57,395 nucleotides of DNA, from contig NC_068982.1 of the NCBI RefSeq assembly GCF_001194135.2, forward strand, positions 146,621,582 through 146,678,976, read 5' to 3'. Shown here piece after piece: positions 25,243 through 37,114 of this stretch (positions are counted from its first letter, which is position 1; every line of letters starts with the position of its first letter). This DNA comes from Octopus bimaculoides. Lineage: Eukaryota. The translations under genes were made by a program, and so were the position numbers. The notes below the pieces were generated by a model. It made no database searches and was not told where the DNA came from. It saw nothing but the letters and a program-made list of their open reading frames with translations.

Positions 25243-26030
25243 GTGAGTAAATTAAAAACATTCCGAGCCGAATCCGGACCTGCGATCCTGAAATTTTGGA
25301 TTCCCAAGTTTTCATTACTGCGAGGGAGAGAGAGTAAATGAGAGGGAAAAAGAGAGATGTCCAGCATAAATGTATTCAGCTTTTTATATCATTTTATTTA
25401 TTTATTCATTGTATAGTGAAAATGGGGTACTGTCATTTAGGTGGGGATAACAAGTACAGATTGTGGATAGGGACAGAAAAAAAAACGAAAATTAAAATGA
25501 TGTCAGATTAGTAAGAGCTCTGGTCTGCTGACCGTTGTGATTCCCCTGGAGGATAGAGAATATGTAAGATCACTCACCAAGCTATCCATATACTCCACCC
25601 CGTGATCACGGTATTTCATTCAGAAACGACTGTATAAACATTGAACATTACTGTTAGTTTCTTCATTAAAATACTTTAGTTGCTATTGAATCTATAAGGC
25701 TATTACAGTAAATTATTAAAGCGTGTGTTCCTTTAACAGTTTCGTGCTGAATTATTGCTGCACTTATCTACACTGATCTATTCTTCATTGATTTATACAT
25801 TTAGGAAATTTACACTAATTAAATGATCATTTGATTGAAGAAACTGTAATACTGTGTACTTGATTGATAGGCTAGACTTTAATCTGTGTCAAGTTAGACA
25901 AAGTGCCAATTTTAATCTAAAAAACAGACATTACGTAGCAGCAACTGATAAACTGGCGCTTAGTTGCTTTTAGAGTAGACTTTGACAGACCTCCAGTTAC
26001 ACCTACTTGTACAAAAGTCCTCTTGTCTAC

Positions 26031-26450
26031 AGGCGTGACTTTGTGGTTGAGAAGGTTGCTTCGCAACCATGTGGTTTTGAGTTCGGTCTCACTGCGCGGT
26101 ACCTTAGGTAAGTGTTTTTTGCCATAGACCCTGGGAAACTAAAGACTTTTGATGGATATAATAGACGGAAACTGAAAGAAGCCCCATGTATATGTGTGTG
26201 TATGTGTCTCTGCACGTGTTTATGTGTGTGTGTTTGTGTTTATGTTTGTCCCCTCAATACGCTTGACAACCACTATTGATTTTTTGAAATCCCAGTAACT
26301 TAGAGGTACAGCAAAAGGGTCCGATAGAAAAACTGTCAGCCTTAAAATAAAAGTGCTGGGGCTGATCTGTATGACTAAACCCTTCACAGCGGTGTCCCAG
26401 TATGGGCAAATTATGGCTGCAGTCGAAAAACTAAAAACAAATAAAAAATA
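26031..26450 (+). mobile_element. SINE family B, diverged
   Basis: tRNA-like head, gacggaaactgaaagaagcc, internal (TG)n and tail aligning to 41073-41490. Confidence 0.8.
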
Positions 26451-27049
26451 TAAATAAGATAATTTAGAAAATGCTATCATATTGTGCAAACAAGCAAATG
26501 GATGCTAGCTTGCTGTTTGAAGGACCAACATAAAGTAGGTCATGTCTCTCGAGAACCAAATACAGAAATTAGTTTTTTAATTCCTCATTTACTTATGTTG
26601 CTTATGTCTTTTAGAAAGGTAGGAAGGAGGCAATTTGATTTTACTTTTTACCTTAAGATTTATTACATGAATTAAGAGAAAATCCTTCTAATGTTATCCC
26701 CATCTTTCTCTCTCGGTGACTTAATCTCCATTTACGTTTCTCTGTCTCTCTCCTCTCTCTGCCTTTCTTGACTATCTTTACATACCTCTCTCTTTCTTTA
26801 CCCCTCTTTCTCTCCATATTTATCTCTAATTTCCTACGTCCCTCTCTCTTATCCTCTTCATCCCCACTTACATTTCTCTGTCTCGTCTCTCTTTTTCTCT
26901 CTTTTCTTGATTGCCTTTACATCCCACTCTTTCTGCATATATGCTTCTATTTCTTTCTACTCTCCTGTCTCAATAGCATGAACCTCAGCAAAGTCAACTA
27001 TCAAAATCAACTAAGTCGAAAATAATATTAACTTTAAACTATACAGAAA

Positions 27050-28310
27050 TTAGCTGTTTCAAGAATTTAAAACGATGCTCTTTGTGTTGAACCTTGTCAA
27101 AGGATCACCACCAAATACTCTAATTGCGGAGACCCTTAAGATCTTTGGTTTTCAACGAATCATGGCTCAAATTGAAAGACAAAGGTACAAATTTATTCGT
27201 TCGTATGCCTTGAATAAACCACACATGGTGTTCCTAGACAGTATATTCAAAGAGGAGACACAAACACAAGGTGAAAAAGGAACTAGGTACTCAATGAAAT
27301 CAGAGAAGAGTCAGGATGATGCTGTGAGAGAGAGAACAACACAAAACAGACATCACCACTCTGGACAACTGTGAGTCCAAGGAGAAGAAAAAAACAGCAG
27401 CAAATTAAATGTCGACCAGGAAAAACAAAAGCTAAAGATGAAGATGAAGGCAAGAACAAGCAAGCAAGCTGTGGATGGCCATGAGTCCAAGGCAATCGCC
27501 AAAACAAAAAAAAATAAAACCTTCGAAGACAATGGCTCCGGAATAAAGAGAGTCCAAATAGTCTGTAATTGCTATACAAAGGGTACCTATTGACATAGAG
27601 ACGTAGGGACAGGCTGTATATTTGCTCATCTCAAGTCTAATGGGAGCGGTACTCATTTCGCTTGCCCTAAGGCCAGGAATGATTGACCGTGAGGAGATAA
27701 ACAGCTCCATCAGGATCAACGAAGACACAAACCTACGTCACAAAACACGATGTATCTACCTTAGAAATATGTGGATTGCGCGCGCACTTTCCTCTTAACA
27801 GGAAAAATATGTAGCTGCCGACCGCAGCTACTGAACAGCAATCTGTTTTGGTGATGGCACAGAAGATTGTAAGGCAACTGACCTGCTTCCATCAGACACT
27901 GAGTTTGAGAAATACGTCCCAGCACTCAAGATCCAGAGTGACCACCATTGACGCCTCTACAAATGTCAAACCACTTGCCATTTCTGATATCCTGTATGTC
28001 ACTCCAGTATTCTTGTTGGATGTTAGAGACCTTATAATATATCACAAACACAAATCCCCATCACTGAAAGACTTAGATACATGTAATCAAACAATATTCA
28101 TGCCACTAACAGAAACACACCTGAACGCTGATATATCAGATGTTGAGATAGACACATCAAAGTATTCTGCATTACGAACAGACAGGAGAGAAAGAATTCG
28201 CGATGGAGTGGTAATGTGCATCCGGGAAGATTTCACGCTTGTAATCCTGCTGTCACACCCAAACTCAGTCTGTGACATCTAATAGTACACATTAAACTGA
28301 CCAAAACGGT
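27050..28310 (+). mobile_element. CR1/L2-group LINE 5' fragment (ORF1 remnant plus start of ORF2 endonuclease)
   Basis: Endonuclease motifs FMPLTETHLNADISDVEI and RTDRRERIRDGVVMCIRED in ORF 27848..28282; upstream Cys/His-rich remnant VCNCYTKG..GCIFAHLK (~27560-27640) resembles a CCCH-type ORF1. Confidence 0.8.
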
Positions 28311-28974
28311 AATATATGGTTTTGGAAATTTTAGCTGCTCTTTCCAGAAGTTCGAGCGATAATGGTAATTTGTAACTATTTAAGCGATGCTTCTCATTCA
28401 TTTTTTTTTCTTTATGACTGCCTATGAAATAGATAAATTGGATTCTATTTTAATTGATTGGTTAAGACTACTGTCACACCCTTGACGAACTAAACAAAGC
28501 CGTATCAAAGTGTGTCATCAGTTTTCATTCTTTATCCAGTAATTATAGTAAGCGGTAATTTTCAGTGCTTTTCTGATTAGTGATTTTCCACAGGCAACTA
28601 AGAGAATTTAAAGAAATGTGTAGTGTTAGGAATAAAGTAGAGCAATCTCATTGTCTTGCTTTGGTCTGCAGTATTCTCAGCTAAATAGAATTTACTTTAG
28701 GTAGTTACTTTCTATCGTTTTTATCTTTAGCTCAGCACGTGGAATGAGTAAACATTTCTCAGTTGAAGAAATTAGACTTTATTTATCACAAAATATTATA
28801 AATTTCATATCAAGTATGTGTAGCACGTCGGTTCTCTTCGTACATCTGTAAAACGTATTTTTCAATGTCGTCAGTACCCTAAGTCTTAAATGTTGTCTTG
28901 CAGAGAATGAACTGATTTGAAAACACGTAACATAACTTAGAAAAAATAACTCAGGGAATATGTACAATAAGAAC

Positions 28975-29011
28975 TAATAATAATAATAATAATAAGAAGA
29001 AGAAGAAGAAC

Positions 29012-29057
<46 letters not shown>
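28975..29057. repeat. (TAA)n(GAA)n(TAA)n compound microsatellite
   Basis: Direct run flanking Dong-B. Confidence 0.95.
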
Positions 29058-29059
<2 letters not shown>

Positions 29060-29644
29060 CTGTCAATGTACGCCACTAGACCAGAAAAAATATAAGAGAT
29101 GTCATGACAATATAGCAAGGATTGGCCATTGGACACATTGCAAAACGTATGGACTTGACAGAGCAAAAAGTTGTACGAACATAAGCCCGAAGGCCTCATC
29201 GAAATGGGATTTTATGATTCAGTGCGACCATGAGATAGAGAATAGGAAGCTGGACATAGTGTTAATTGATAAAGAAAGAAAACGATGCTGGATCATAGAT
29301 ATAGCATGCCCAGCTGACAACAAGGTATGCGATAAGGAAGAAAGAAAAGTCGATAGATATGACAGGTTAGCTTTGGAGGTTAAGCAGTTGTGGTCAATGA
29401 AAAAGTTGGTAGTAGTACCAATAATTGTCGGAGCCCTGGGAACAGTGAGAAAAAATCTTAAGAAGTATATGGAACAAATAGGGGCTGCAATAAGATTGGA
29501 GTACTTGCAGAAAACAGCACTGCTTGAAACCGCTCGAATACTCCGGATTGTGCTCGAAAAATAAGGGGTGTTACCTTAGTTCACTTGTAGTGAACAGCTG
29601 ACACCGTAGTACATCTCCAGCGTCAGAAGCGGTGCAAAGACAAT
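29058..29644 (+). mobile_element. R4/Dong-clade LINE 3' end (Dong-B)
   Basis: KYKRCHDNIARIGHW, then IQCDHEIENRKLDIVLIDKE ... IIDIACPAD ... ERKVDRYDRL ... VVPIIVGALG: zinc-knuckle remnant plus PD..D..K-type restriction-like endonuclease; (TAA)n on both sides. Confidence 0.92.
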
Positions 29645-29669
29645 TAATAATAATAATGATAGTAATAAT

Positions 29670-29902
29670 GCAGAGATATGCACAAATGGTTGAAGGAGAT
29701 TGAAATAGAATGTCCTCTAGAGCTTCAACAGAAAGTTTGCCTCTTAGGGATAGGAAAGATTATCAGGAGGGTTCTAAGCACTTGAAAGACTATTGAAAGC
29801 TTGTGGATACCTAAAGTTACATGTAGTAACTCACAACCCAAATAAATCCTTCGATGAATATGTCAGAACCTGAGTCAAATCAATAATAAAAATGGTGATG
29901 AG

Positions 29903-29904
<2 letters not shown>
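29670..29904 (+). mobile_element. R4/Dong-clade LINE 3' end, different family (Dong-C)
   Basis: HKWLKEIEIECPLELQQKVCLLGIGKIIRRVLST* matches the terminal LQK..LLGTA.ILR.VL motif; 3' UTR then (TAA)n. Confidence 0.8.

Positions 29905-29964
<60 letters not shown>
29905..29964. repeat. (TAA)n microsatellite
   Basis: Direct run. Confidence 0.97.
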
Positions 29965-29965
<1 letters not shown>

Positions 29966-30246
29966 GAAGTTACAAAACGTGTGATTTTACTAGATATCAT
30001 CCAATTATTTGGTCCAAGAATCTTCCGAGGAACGACGGGTTATATTCATCCATGTGGTCACGAAGACATGTGGCTTTTAATCTGTCACATGTACACCTAG
30101 ACTTCAGACATTTCTGTGTGTTAACTGAAATAATGAATTTAAAAGTATCATTAGCAGTAGGGAAAAATTATATAATACAGAAAACGGCATTTTGGTTTAC
30201 ATCCATTTAGAAACAAATGATTATAACTAAATTATTATTATTGTTG

Positions 30247-30312
30247 TTCAGTAGTTTTATTTTTATAACGTGCTTTCACTTCACTACCGAGCGCAGCTCT
30301 GTGTGCCTTGGC
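30247..30312 (-). mobile_element. ~66-bp 3'-terminal fragment, probably R4/Dong-type (Dong-D)
   Basis: Reverse complement gccaaggcacacagagctgcgctcggtagtgaagtgaaagcacgttataaaaataaaactactgaac lies between (AAT)n runs; family assignment is from memory of octopus repeats and from context. Confidence 0.55.
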
Positions 30313-30313
30313 A

Positions 30314-30394
<81 letters not shown>
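30314..30394. repeat. (ATT)n microsatellite
   Basis: Direct run shared by Dong-D and Dong-E. Confidence 0.97.
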
Positions 30395-30398
<4 letters not shown>

Positions 30399-31410
30399 TT
30401 AAATCTGCATGTTTGTTACAATCACTCACCGATACACACCCAGCGTCCTAGGGCAAGTGAAGGGGAAGAGATGTTACAATATGACTGAAATCTTCAGGAG
30501 GGGGAGTGGCAGGGGCAGTAGCGAAATATATTCATGTAATACAACACATACATTTAAACTGATAGGGTTTTTTCAGGATATGGGCAGTACTTCCTCAGCA
30601 CAATTTTAGGATTTCTCTAAGATACGGTTCTCTTGGGTTATTATCTAGATGTTTCTGACATCCCTTTCTTATCATGCATAGGGCACCCACAATAACAGGA
30701 ACAGTTCTCGCTTTAAAATGCCACATATTCTGTAATTCAGTTTCCATTTCCTTATATTTACTTAATTTGTCAAATTCCTTTACAGATATATTTTTATCAG
30801 TGGGAACACTTACATCTATTAGTCTACAAGTATTTTCTTCTCAGTCTTTAATGACGATGATCAGTTAGCCTGGATAGTTCTGTCGGTATTCACTGGAAAA
30901 TTTCAGAGGATAGTGACATCTTTATATTCAACGACTGGCTCAGGATGATGTTCATACCAGTAAGTAGGAGTGCTGATTCTATAGCCTTTCCATATTTTCC
31001 AATGTAAATACTGTTCTACTCTTTCGTGGCGATTTCTGTATTCGTTTTTTTCGTCAGTACGGGACATCTCGAGACGAGATGGTCTATTGTTTCATCGAAT
31101 TTATCGCAGAATCTGCATTTAGGGTTAGAGCCGTTTTGAAGAACGATAACCTGGTAGTTTTTGGTAAGCAAGCTTTGATCTTGTGCCGCCAATAAGAAAC
31201 CTTCAGTTTCTGCTTTCGGTCCTGACCTTCTCAGACACTGATCTTGTTGCTTGATCTACATCAGCATTTCGGCTTCGAAGTATACTGTCCATGCAGATGT
31301 TTCTGGCTCCACTACTCCTCAATTTGTCTCTGCTTGTTCTTTTTTGCAGTCTGTTTGATCCATTTGGCATTTTTGTATCTGTAGATTCAGGTTCTTCATT
31401 AAATTCTTCA
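30395..31410 (-). mobile_element. R4/Dong-clade LINE 3' 1 kb (Dong-E)
   Basis: Manual translation: KAETEGFLLAAQDQSLLT, KCRFCDKFDETIDHLVSRCPVL (CCHC), RHERVEQYLHW, IDVSVPTDKNISVKEFDKLSKYKE and VPVIVGAL; the 3' UTR ends in (AAT)n. Confidence 0.92.
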
Positions 31411-31414
31411 TCGT

Positions 31415-31965
31415 TACTTGGAAGCCGTCCTTAAAACTGTTGGTTTCGGACCCGTTTTCAGAAGCTGGATCGCTACAATGCACAGCGGCACTTACTCGGG
31501 GACTACTATGGATAATTTCCAGATGTCTTTGGCCTTGCAGTGCTACTGGGGATCGCTACCGGTTCGAGATAAATTCTACAAGTACGGATGTGCTGTCAGA
31601 TGGGCTTGTTCGATGTGTTCACAGAGCGACGAAAGCGTTCTGCATGCACTCGTTCAGCGTCCTGAATTTGCTGACTTGTGGAGTTATGTCAACCAGCTGC
31701 TGTCGCGTGTGGGACGGATCCATCTATCTGTCGAGTCCATAATGATGATTGCCCCGCCGCACTCCTATAATCAGGTTGGCAAGGCTGTGTTCTTTGTTCG
31801 GTGGCTGTGACGAAAGAGGTTGTCTGGTGGACGAGGCTAAAAAGGAATGAGTACAGAAACTTTCCTCTTAAAGCCTTCATCGACTTTTTCAAGTTTCACT
31901 TTGTCTGTCTTTGTATTTCCCACCTCATCCTTCACCTTGGTGGCAAATAAAAGAAATCATTCTTA
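31415..31965 (+). mobile_element. L1/Tx1-clade LINE fragment, internally deleted
   Basis: EAVLKTVGFGPVFRSWIATMHS (RT segment) is joined to SLPVRDKFYKYG ... CSMCSQSDESVLHAL (zf-RVT-like); the tail ends ggtggcaaataaaagaaat. Confidence 0.8.
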
Positions 31966-31973
31966 TTATTATT

Positions 31974-32150
31974 AAGACAGTGAGCTGGCAGAATCGTTTG
32001 CCCACTAGACGAAATGGTTAGCGTTATTTCGCCCGTTACTGCGCTTTGAGTTCATATTCCCTCAGGATTGACTTTGTCTTTCATCTTTCGGGGTCGATAA
32101 ATTAAGTACCAGTGAAACACTGGTCTCGATGCAATAGACTTATCCCCTCC
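31974..32150 (+). mobile_element. SINE family A
   Basis: gtgagctggcagaatcg ... gagttcatattcc ... ttcggggtcgataaattaagtaccag. Confidence 0.88.
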
Positions 32151-32482
32151 CATATATATACATGTATATATATATATATATTATTTTATTTAAAACCCCT
32201 TTTTTGTATTTATTTTTACTCACATATATATATATATATATATATANNNNNNNNNNNNNNNNNNNNNNNNNNNNNNNNNNNNNNNNNNNNNNNNNNNNNN
32301 NNNNNNNNNNNNNNNNNNNNNNNNNNNNNNNNNNNNNNNNNNNNNNNNNNNNNNNNNNNNNNNNNNNNNNNNNNNNNNNNNNNNNNNNNNNNNNNNNNNN
32401 NNNNNNNNNNNNNNNNNNNNNNNNNNNNNNNNNNNNNNNNNNNNNNNNNNNNNNNNNNNNNNNNNNNNNNNNNNNNNNNNNN

Positions 32483-32518
<36 letters not shown>

Positions 32519-33227
32519 CAAATAATAAATGAGTATGTGCATATATACGTACATGTATGTACATACTTACATCATACATACATATACATATACATATACA
32601 TACATACATGCATACATACATACATACATACACACATACATACATACATGCATTGCATAAGCGTGCGCACACACATGTACGTGTCTGTGACAAAAATAAA
32701 ATAAAACTACTTTAAACTTTTTATTGCATGAGATATTCCGTTTGCTTTCAATGTTCCGGCATTCTATACGATTGTGTACGGAAGTGTATGCCTGGTTAAA
32801 ATCTGGGTGTGTATTTGTTTTTGTAACTGTGCTTATATTTGATTGAGACCAGCTATTTCTCGTTGGCTAAATATTTAAAGCAGAAAAGACTTTTTCAGCT
32901 TTAATTTTTTACTCCATGCCTACCTACATATACACAATTATGTGTATGCGTATGTGTGTGCGTGTGTTTGTGTTTACATATGGATGTGTATGTTAATGCA
33001 TGTGTATATAAGTGAGATTTACTCTCATGCCTCCCTTTCTCATGCTTGTATCTTTCAAGTTTCGTTTCTCTTCATCTAGCACAAATATATTTTTCACCTT
33101 CCCCAACTTCTCTGAAACTATCATTGTCTTTCTTCTGTTTTCCCTTCTATTATAATTATACTCTAGCAGGATGAGAAAATATAAATATACATCCATCGAT
33201 ACACTACGAAGTTATTAATTATAGCAG

Positions 33228-33560
33228 ATTGAACGGCGTCAGATTGGCAACATTGTTAGAACGTCGGACAAATTTCTTTGCGTTATTTGTTCCGGCATTT
33301 TAGTTTCTAAGATTAAATCCAGTCGAGATCAACTTGGAATAAACAAGGTAACTTGTATTGGATTCGATGGCATGGATTAAATCCATTCCTATCGAAACTG
33401 CTGTTCAGCTGTATAAATTAGAAATTATTAAAAAATGGTGTGCTTGCACAATCGTTAGAGCGTCTGAAGGATGCCTTGCTATATTTCTTCAGGCTCTTTA
33501 TGTTCTGAGTTTAAATGCTTCGAAATCATCATTGCCTTTCATCCTTTCGGGGTCGATTAA
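33228..33560 (+). mobile_element. Two diverged partial SINE family A copies
   Basis: gattggcaacattgttagaacgtcggacaa (~33240) and gcctttcatcctttcggggtcgat (~33535). Confidence 0.6.
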
Positions 33561-33609
33561 TGAACATGCTCTCTTCTCTCAAACTTGCTTAACCTGTGCC
33601 AAATTTATC

Positions 33610-34170
33610 TTTCTTTTAACTGAAGTTTTGTTAGAACTGAAGTTTTGCATGAATAGTGGATTTGGTACCTGCTGCCTACGGTACCATATTATCTGTTCTT
33701 TTCAACTATCTGATATTTTCCTGATGCTTTTGGCCGTGCCAAGAAAGCAAAACTTTTGTAACAATTCTACTGAACACTCTATTCCCATTTTCTTTACATT
33801 CTTCTGGATGCTTTCTGATACCATCCCTAAGCATCCAGCAATAATTGGCACTATCTTCACATTCTTCATTTTCCATAGTCGGCTTATCTCGTATTTAAGA
33901 GGAATGTATATACCTATTTTTCCGCCTTCCTTCTTGACTACTCGTGGGTCAAAGGGGGACACGACATCAATTGTTCAGAACCACTAGTCCCGGCTTGTTG
34001 TGCTCAAGCACTTGGTTTGTTTGGATTGGGAAATCCTACAGGTTTTTGCTGGTCTCCGACTTCGCCGCACTCTACGGTTTATGCTGATATCACGTCTTGC
34101 CTCTATCTAGACGCCACTTTTCGCATAGTTTCCAATATAGCAGCTTCGCTAGCTTTTCATATCACCACAA
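33610..34170 (-). mobile_element. R4/Dong-clade LINE 3' end (Dong-F)
   Basis: LAKLLYWKLCEKW, DFPIQTNQVLEHNKPGLVV, VVSPFDPRVVKKE, LKYEISRLWKMKNVKIVPIIAGCLG and LLQKFCFLGTAKSIRK. Confidence 0.88.
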
Positions 34171-34172
34171 CT

Positions 34173-34198
34173 CATTATCATCATCATCATCATCATCA

Positions 34199-34267
<69 letters not shown>
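34173..34267. repeat. (ATC)n(ATT)n microsatellite
   Basis: Direct run between Dong-F and Dong-G. Confidence 0.97.
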
Positions 34268-34270
<3 letters not shown>

Positions 34271-34870
34271 GTTTGACTTTTACTTTGTATTTGTACAAGT
34301 TGGCTCTAAATCTCACCCAGAGACCGCAAGAGAGAGCAAGTCAGAAGTTCGTGTTGCTGTTATGACAAAAGTGTCATGTGTTTGGTTTTACACAAAGTAT
34401 TGTTCTAGAGAATGTTTAAGAAAACATAAGAAAATTATATCTGGAGTTTTCCAGTTGTTGGTAGTCCTCTGTATGTCCGTGATCTCTTGGCTTGTGATGT
34501 TGGGCCATACCTGTGGTGTTATTTTGCTCTTCCTTTTCTCTTATTGTTTTATCCCCTGAGCATTTTTGTTGCATTTTTCTTGTTTGTTCCATATTCTTTC
34601 CCACTGTAACTGTATTGCTGATGTTGTTAGTATGTAATCTATTGACAGGTTGTTTGTTTGTTTTTTTCTTTTTCACTTTCTGTAAAATCTTTTTGTACCG
34701 TTGTATGCGGTAAGCTTTTGCTGCTTAATTTTTTTTCTTTTTGCCGCCCAGGTATCTCCTTTATTTTTATGTTATACTGTTTTGTTATATAGGTCTTCTT
34801 TTATTTTTCATGTTTGATACCTTTTTCTCTCATTCACGGAGTAAGGATAAGTCTTCCTGTTTTTTTTTTT
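34268..34870 (-). mobile_element. R4/Dong-clade LINE with a large internal deletion (Dong-G)
   Basis: QWERIWNKQEKCNKNA ... WPNITSQEITDIQRTTNNWKTPD (pre-RT FW..IW and NWKAPG motifs) runs into a non-coding tail ending tacaaagtaaagtcaaacat(aat)n. Confidence 0.65.
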
Positions 34871-36904
34871 CCGTTGTTGTTGTAAAAAGGGTATACATTA
34901 CTGTTTTTTATGTCTAAATATATATTTTGCTTCTTTCCTAATTCTTATTCATTCCTCCGGCGTCAATACAATAAAGTAACATTCTAGTACTGGGGCCGGC
35001 GCTATCAACTAATATACCAACTCAAAAGTTCTGACCTTGTGCCTAAATGTAAATCAATTAATATGTTGTTGTGTTGAGATGTACTGTTGTTTTTAGACAT
35101 AGTTCTCTGGAAGATAAGATTACCATGTGTGCATTTAATGAGGAAAATCAGTTTTCCGAATGATTTCGCTTTGCAACTATTGAGTATCTGCTTCGAGAAT
35201 ATTAGGTTTGTTGTAAATTTGTAAATATTCGCTTGCAACATATTATCCTGTGAACATTTCCACTTGTGCAGTTATTACCTGAAAATATTTTAGATACCAG
35301 CTACCCAAAATTGTTCTGTGCTTGACCCAGGCCTGCAGCTCAGATAAAGAGAGGAGCTACAGGAAGGTGTGTCACAAACAGTGCCCACTTATGTTCCCAG
35401 TCCTCACTACCCTATATTTTTTGGAGATTTTGCTGTCTCAGCACGTGCTTGTTTGTTATCAGCCAGAAAGTTCAGAGAAATCCTTAGCGTGGGTATCGGA
35501 GACAAATGGTCATCCTGAAAAGTGGGATCTGTCTCATTCACAAAAAGTAAATGATCAAATTTCTAGAATAAAACTTAATTGTCAAAATTCATTTTTGATA
35601 TAATTTTCCAATGATTTTCCGGAATTACTCACTTTCGGCAGAGATTACAATTTTGTAAGAACAATTTCTGTTGTGGGTAAGGGTTTCAGTTAAGATTTGT
35701 CTGTTACGGTTATGATTTAGGTTTATATTTGGGGTTTAGAGATGTGTTTAGGTTGACAGGAAGATAAATCAATGAAGAGGAAAATCTTGAGGACTGGATG
35801 AGTGAACTTTCTTTTCTTTTCTTTTTTTTTTTGAGTGTCGTAAATCGTTTGAATCGATATCCGAAAAGAAAATTCTAAATACGTTAAACATTGAAGTAGA
35901 TAGTAGAGTAGAGGCTTAGAACACTGCCATATAAATCTCATATATATTTAGAACTGGGTTGTCAAGGTTGGAATGTCTTTGTCTTATTCCCTTTTATAAT
36001 CAATTATAATTATTGGAGCGAAATTAATAATTTAAGAATTAAGAAAATAAACGAAATGTATATTTAAGAATAAAAAACAGTAATGTATTCCCTTGCTACA
36101 TTGTGTTTGAAATAATAAAGTTATGGAAAATTAGAATGATATTTAATTCGAACAAATTGGTCACCAGCTGCGTGAATTATTTCCCAGGCAACACTGAGTG
36201 TCTTTCTGGAAGTTAATTAAAAGGAAAATCATAAAAATTTAAAACACAATTTCATTATTTTTTACAAGATATAAATGAATAAAATGTTAGATTTAGAAAA
36301 GTCAAGTAAAATATGTAGGCAGCCAAGTAGAACTAACATACAGAGTAAAATTTCTGATAATATTAATATGTCGAAATCTCATAAATAGCAGTGTAGCGTA
36401 CTAAATATTTTTTCTGTTTCCAAGTACGTCTGTTTAACTGTCTGAAGTTATATTTTTTTACTTCGTTGTTGCTTAAATAAGGACTCGTAATGTAGTGGAT
36501 CATACCACCCGACTGTTCTCTTTTTATATGAACTTGCAGCGTGATTTCAAATTTTATATTCAGTGTTGTCAGTTATCTTTGTAGGGATAGCTTTTACAAT
36601 AAAAAAAAATGTTTTCATGTTTTCATGAGCAGAAATTTTAATAAACTTATAGATTAAAAACTCTGCCATCGTTAATATAAATACATAAGAAATACGCAAA
36701 AATGAAACAGGAATCTAAAATTAAACCTACATCAATGACACGATAATCCCAACAAAACCAAGCGAGCACTAATGTCTTATGGAATGTTTATGAAAATCAT
36801 GTGTCTAATAAAATCATGTCACGGAAATTCTATGAAATCGACTGATATACTGAAGCAAAAAGAAACTCGGTTTAGAAAAACACAGACCCATACAGTTTCC
36901 CTAT

Positions 36905-37112
36905 ATTCTTTTCTACTCTAGGCACAAGGCCCGAAATTTGGGGGAAAGGGGCCAGTCCATTAGATCGACCCCAGCATGCAAATGATACTTAATTTATCGA
37001 CCCCGAAGGGATGAAAGGTAAAGTTGCCCTCAGCGGAATTTGAACTCAGATCGTAAAGACAGACGAAATACCGCTAAGCATTTCGCCCGGCGTGCTAACG
37101 TTTCTGCTAGCC
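36905..37112 (-). mobile_element. SINE family A
   Basis: High similarity to 10596-10780 and 51437-51652. Confidence 0.92.
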
Positions 37113-37114
37113 TG

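Noticed and set aside
25574-25629. Minus-strand candidate exon MKYRDHGVEYMDSL
   Set aside because: Joins to the next minus-strand candidates give immediate stops.
35641-35675. Plus-strand mini-exon RLQFCKNNFCC with a strong GTAAGG donor
   Set aside because: It lies within the telomere-like dispersed repeat, so it is likely repeat-derived.
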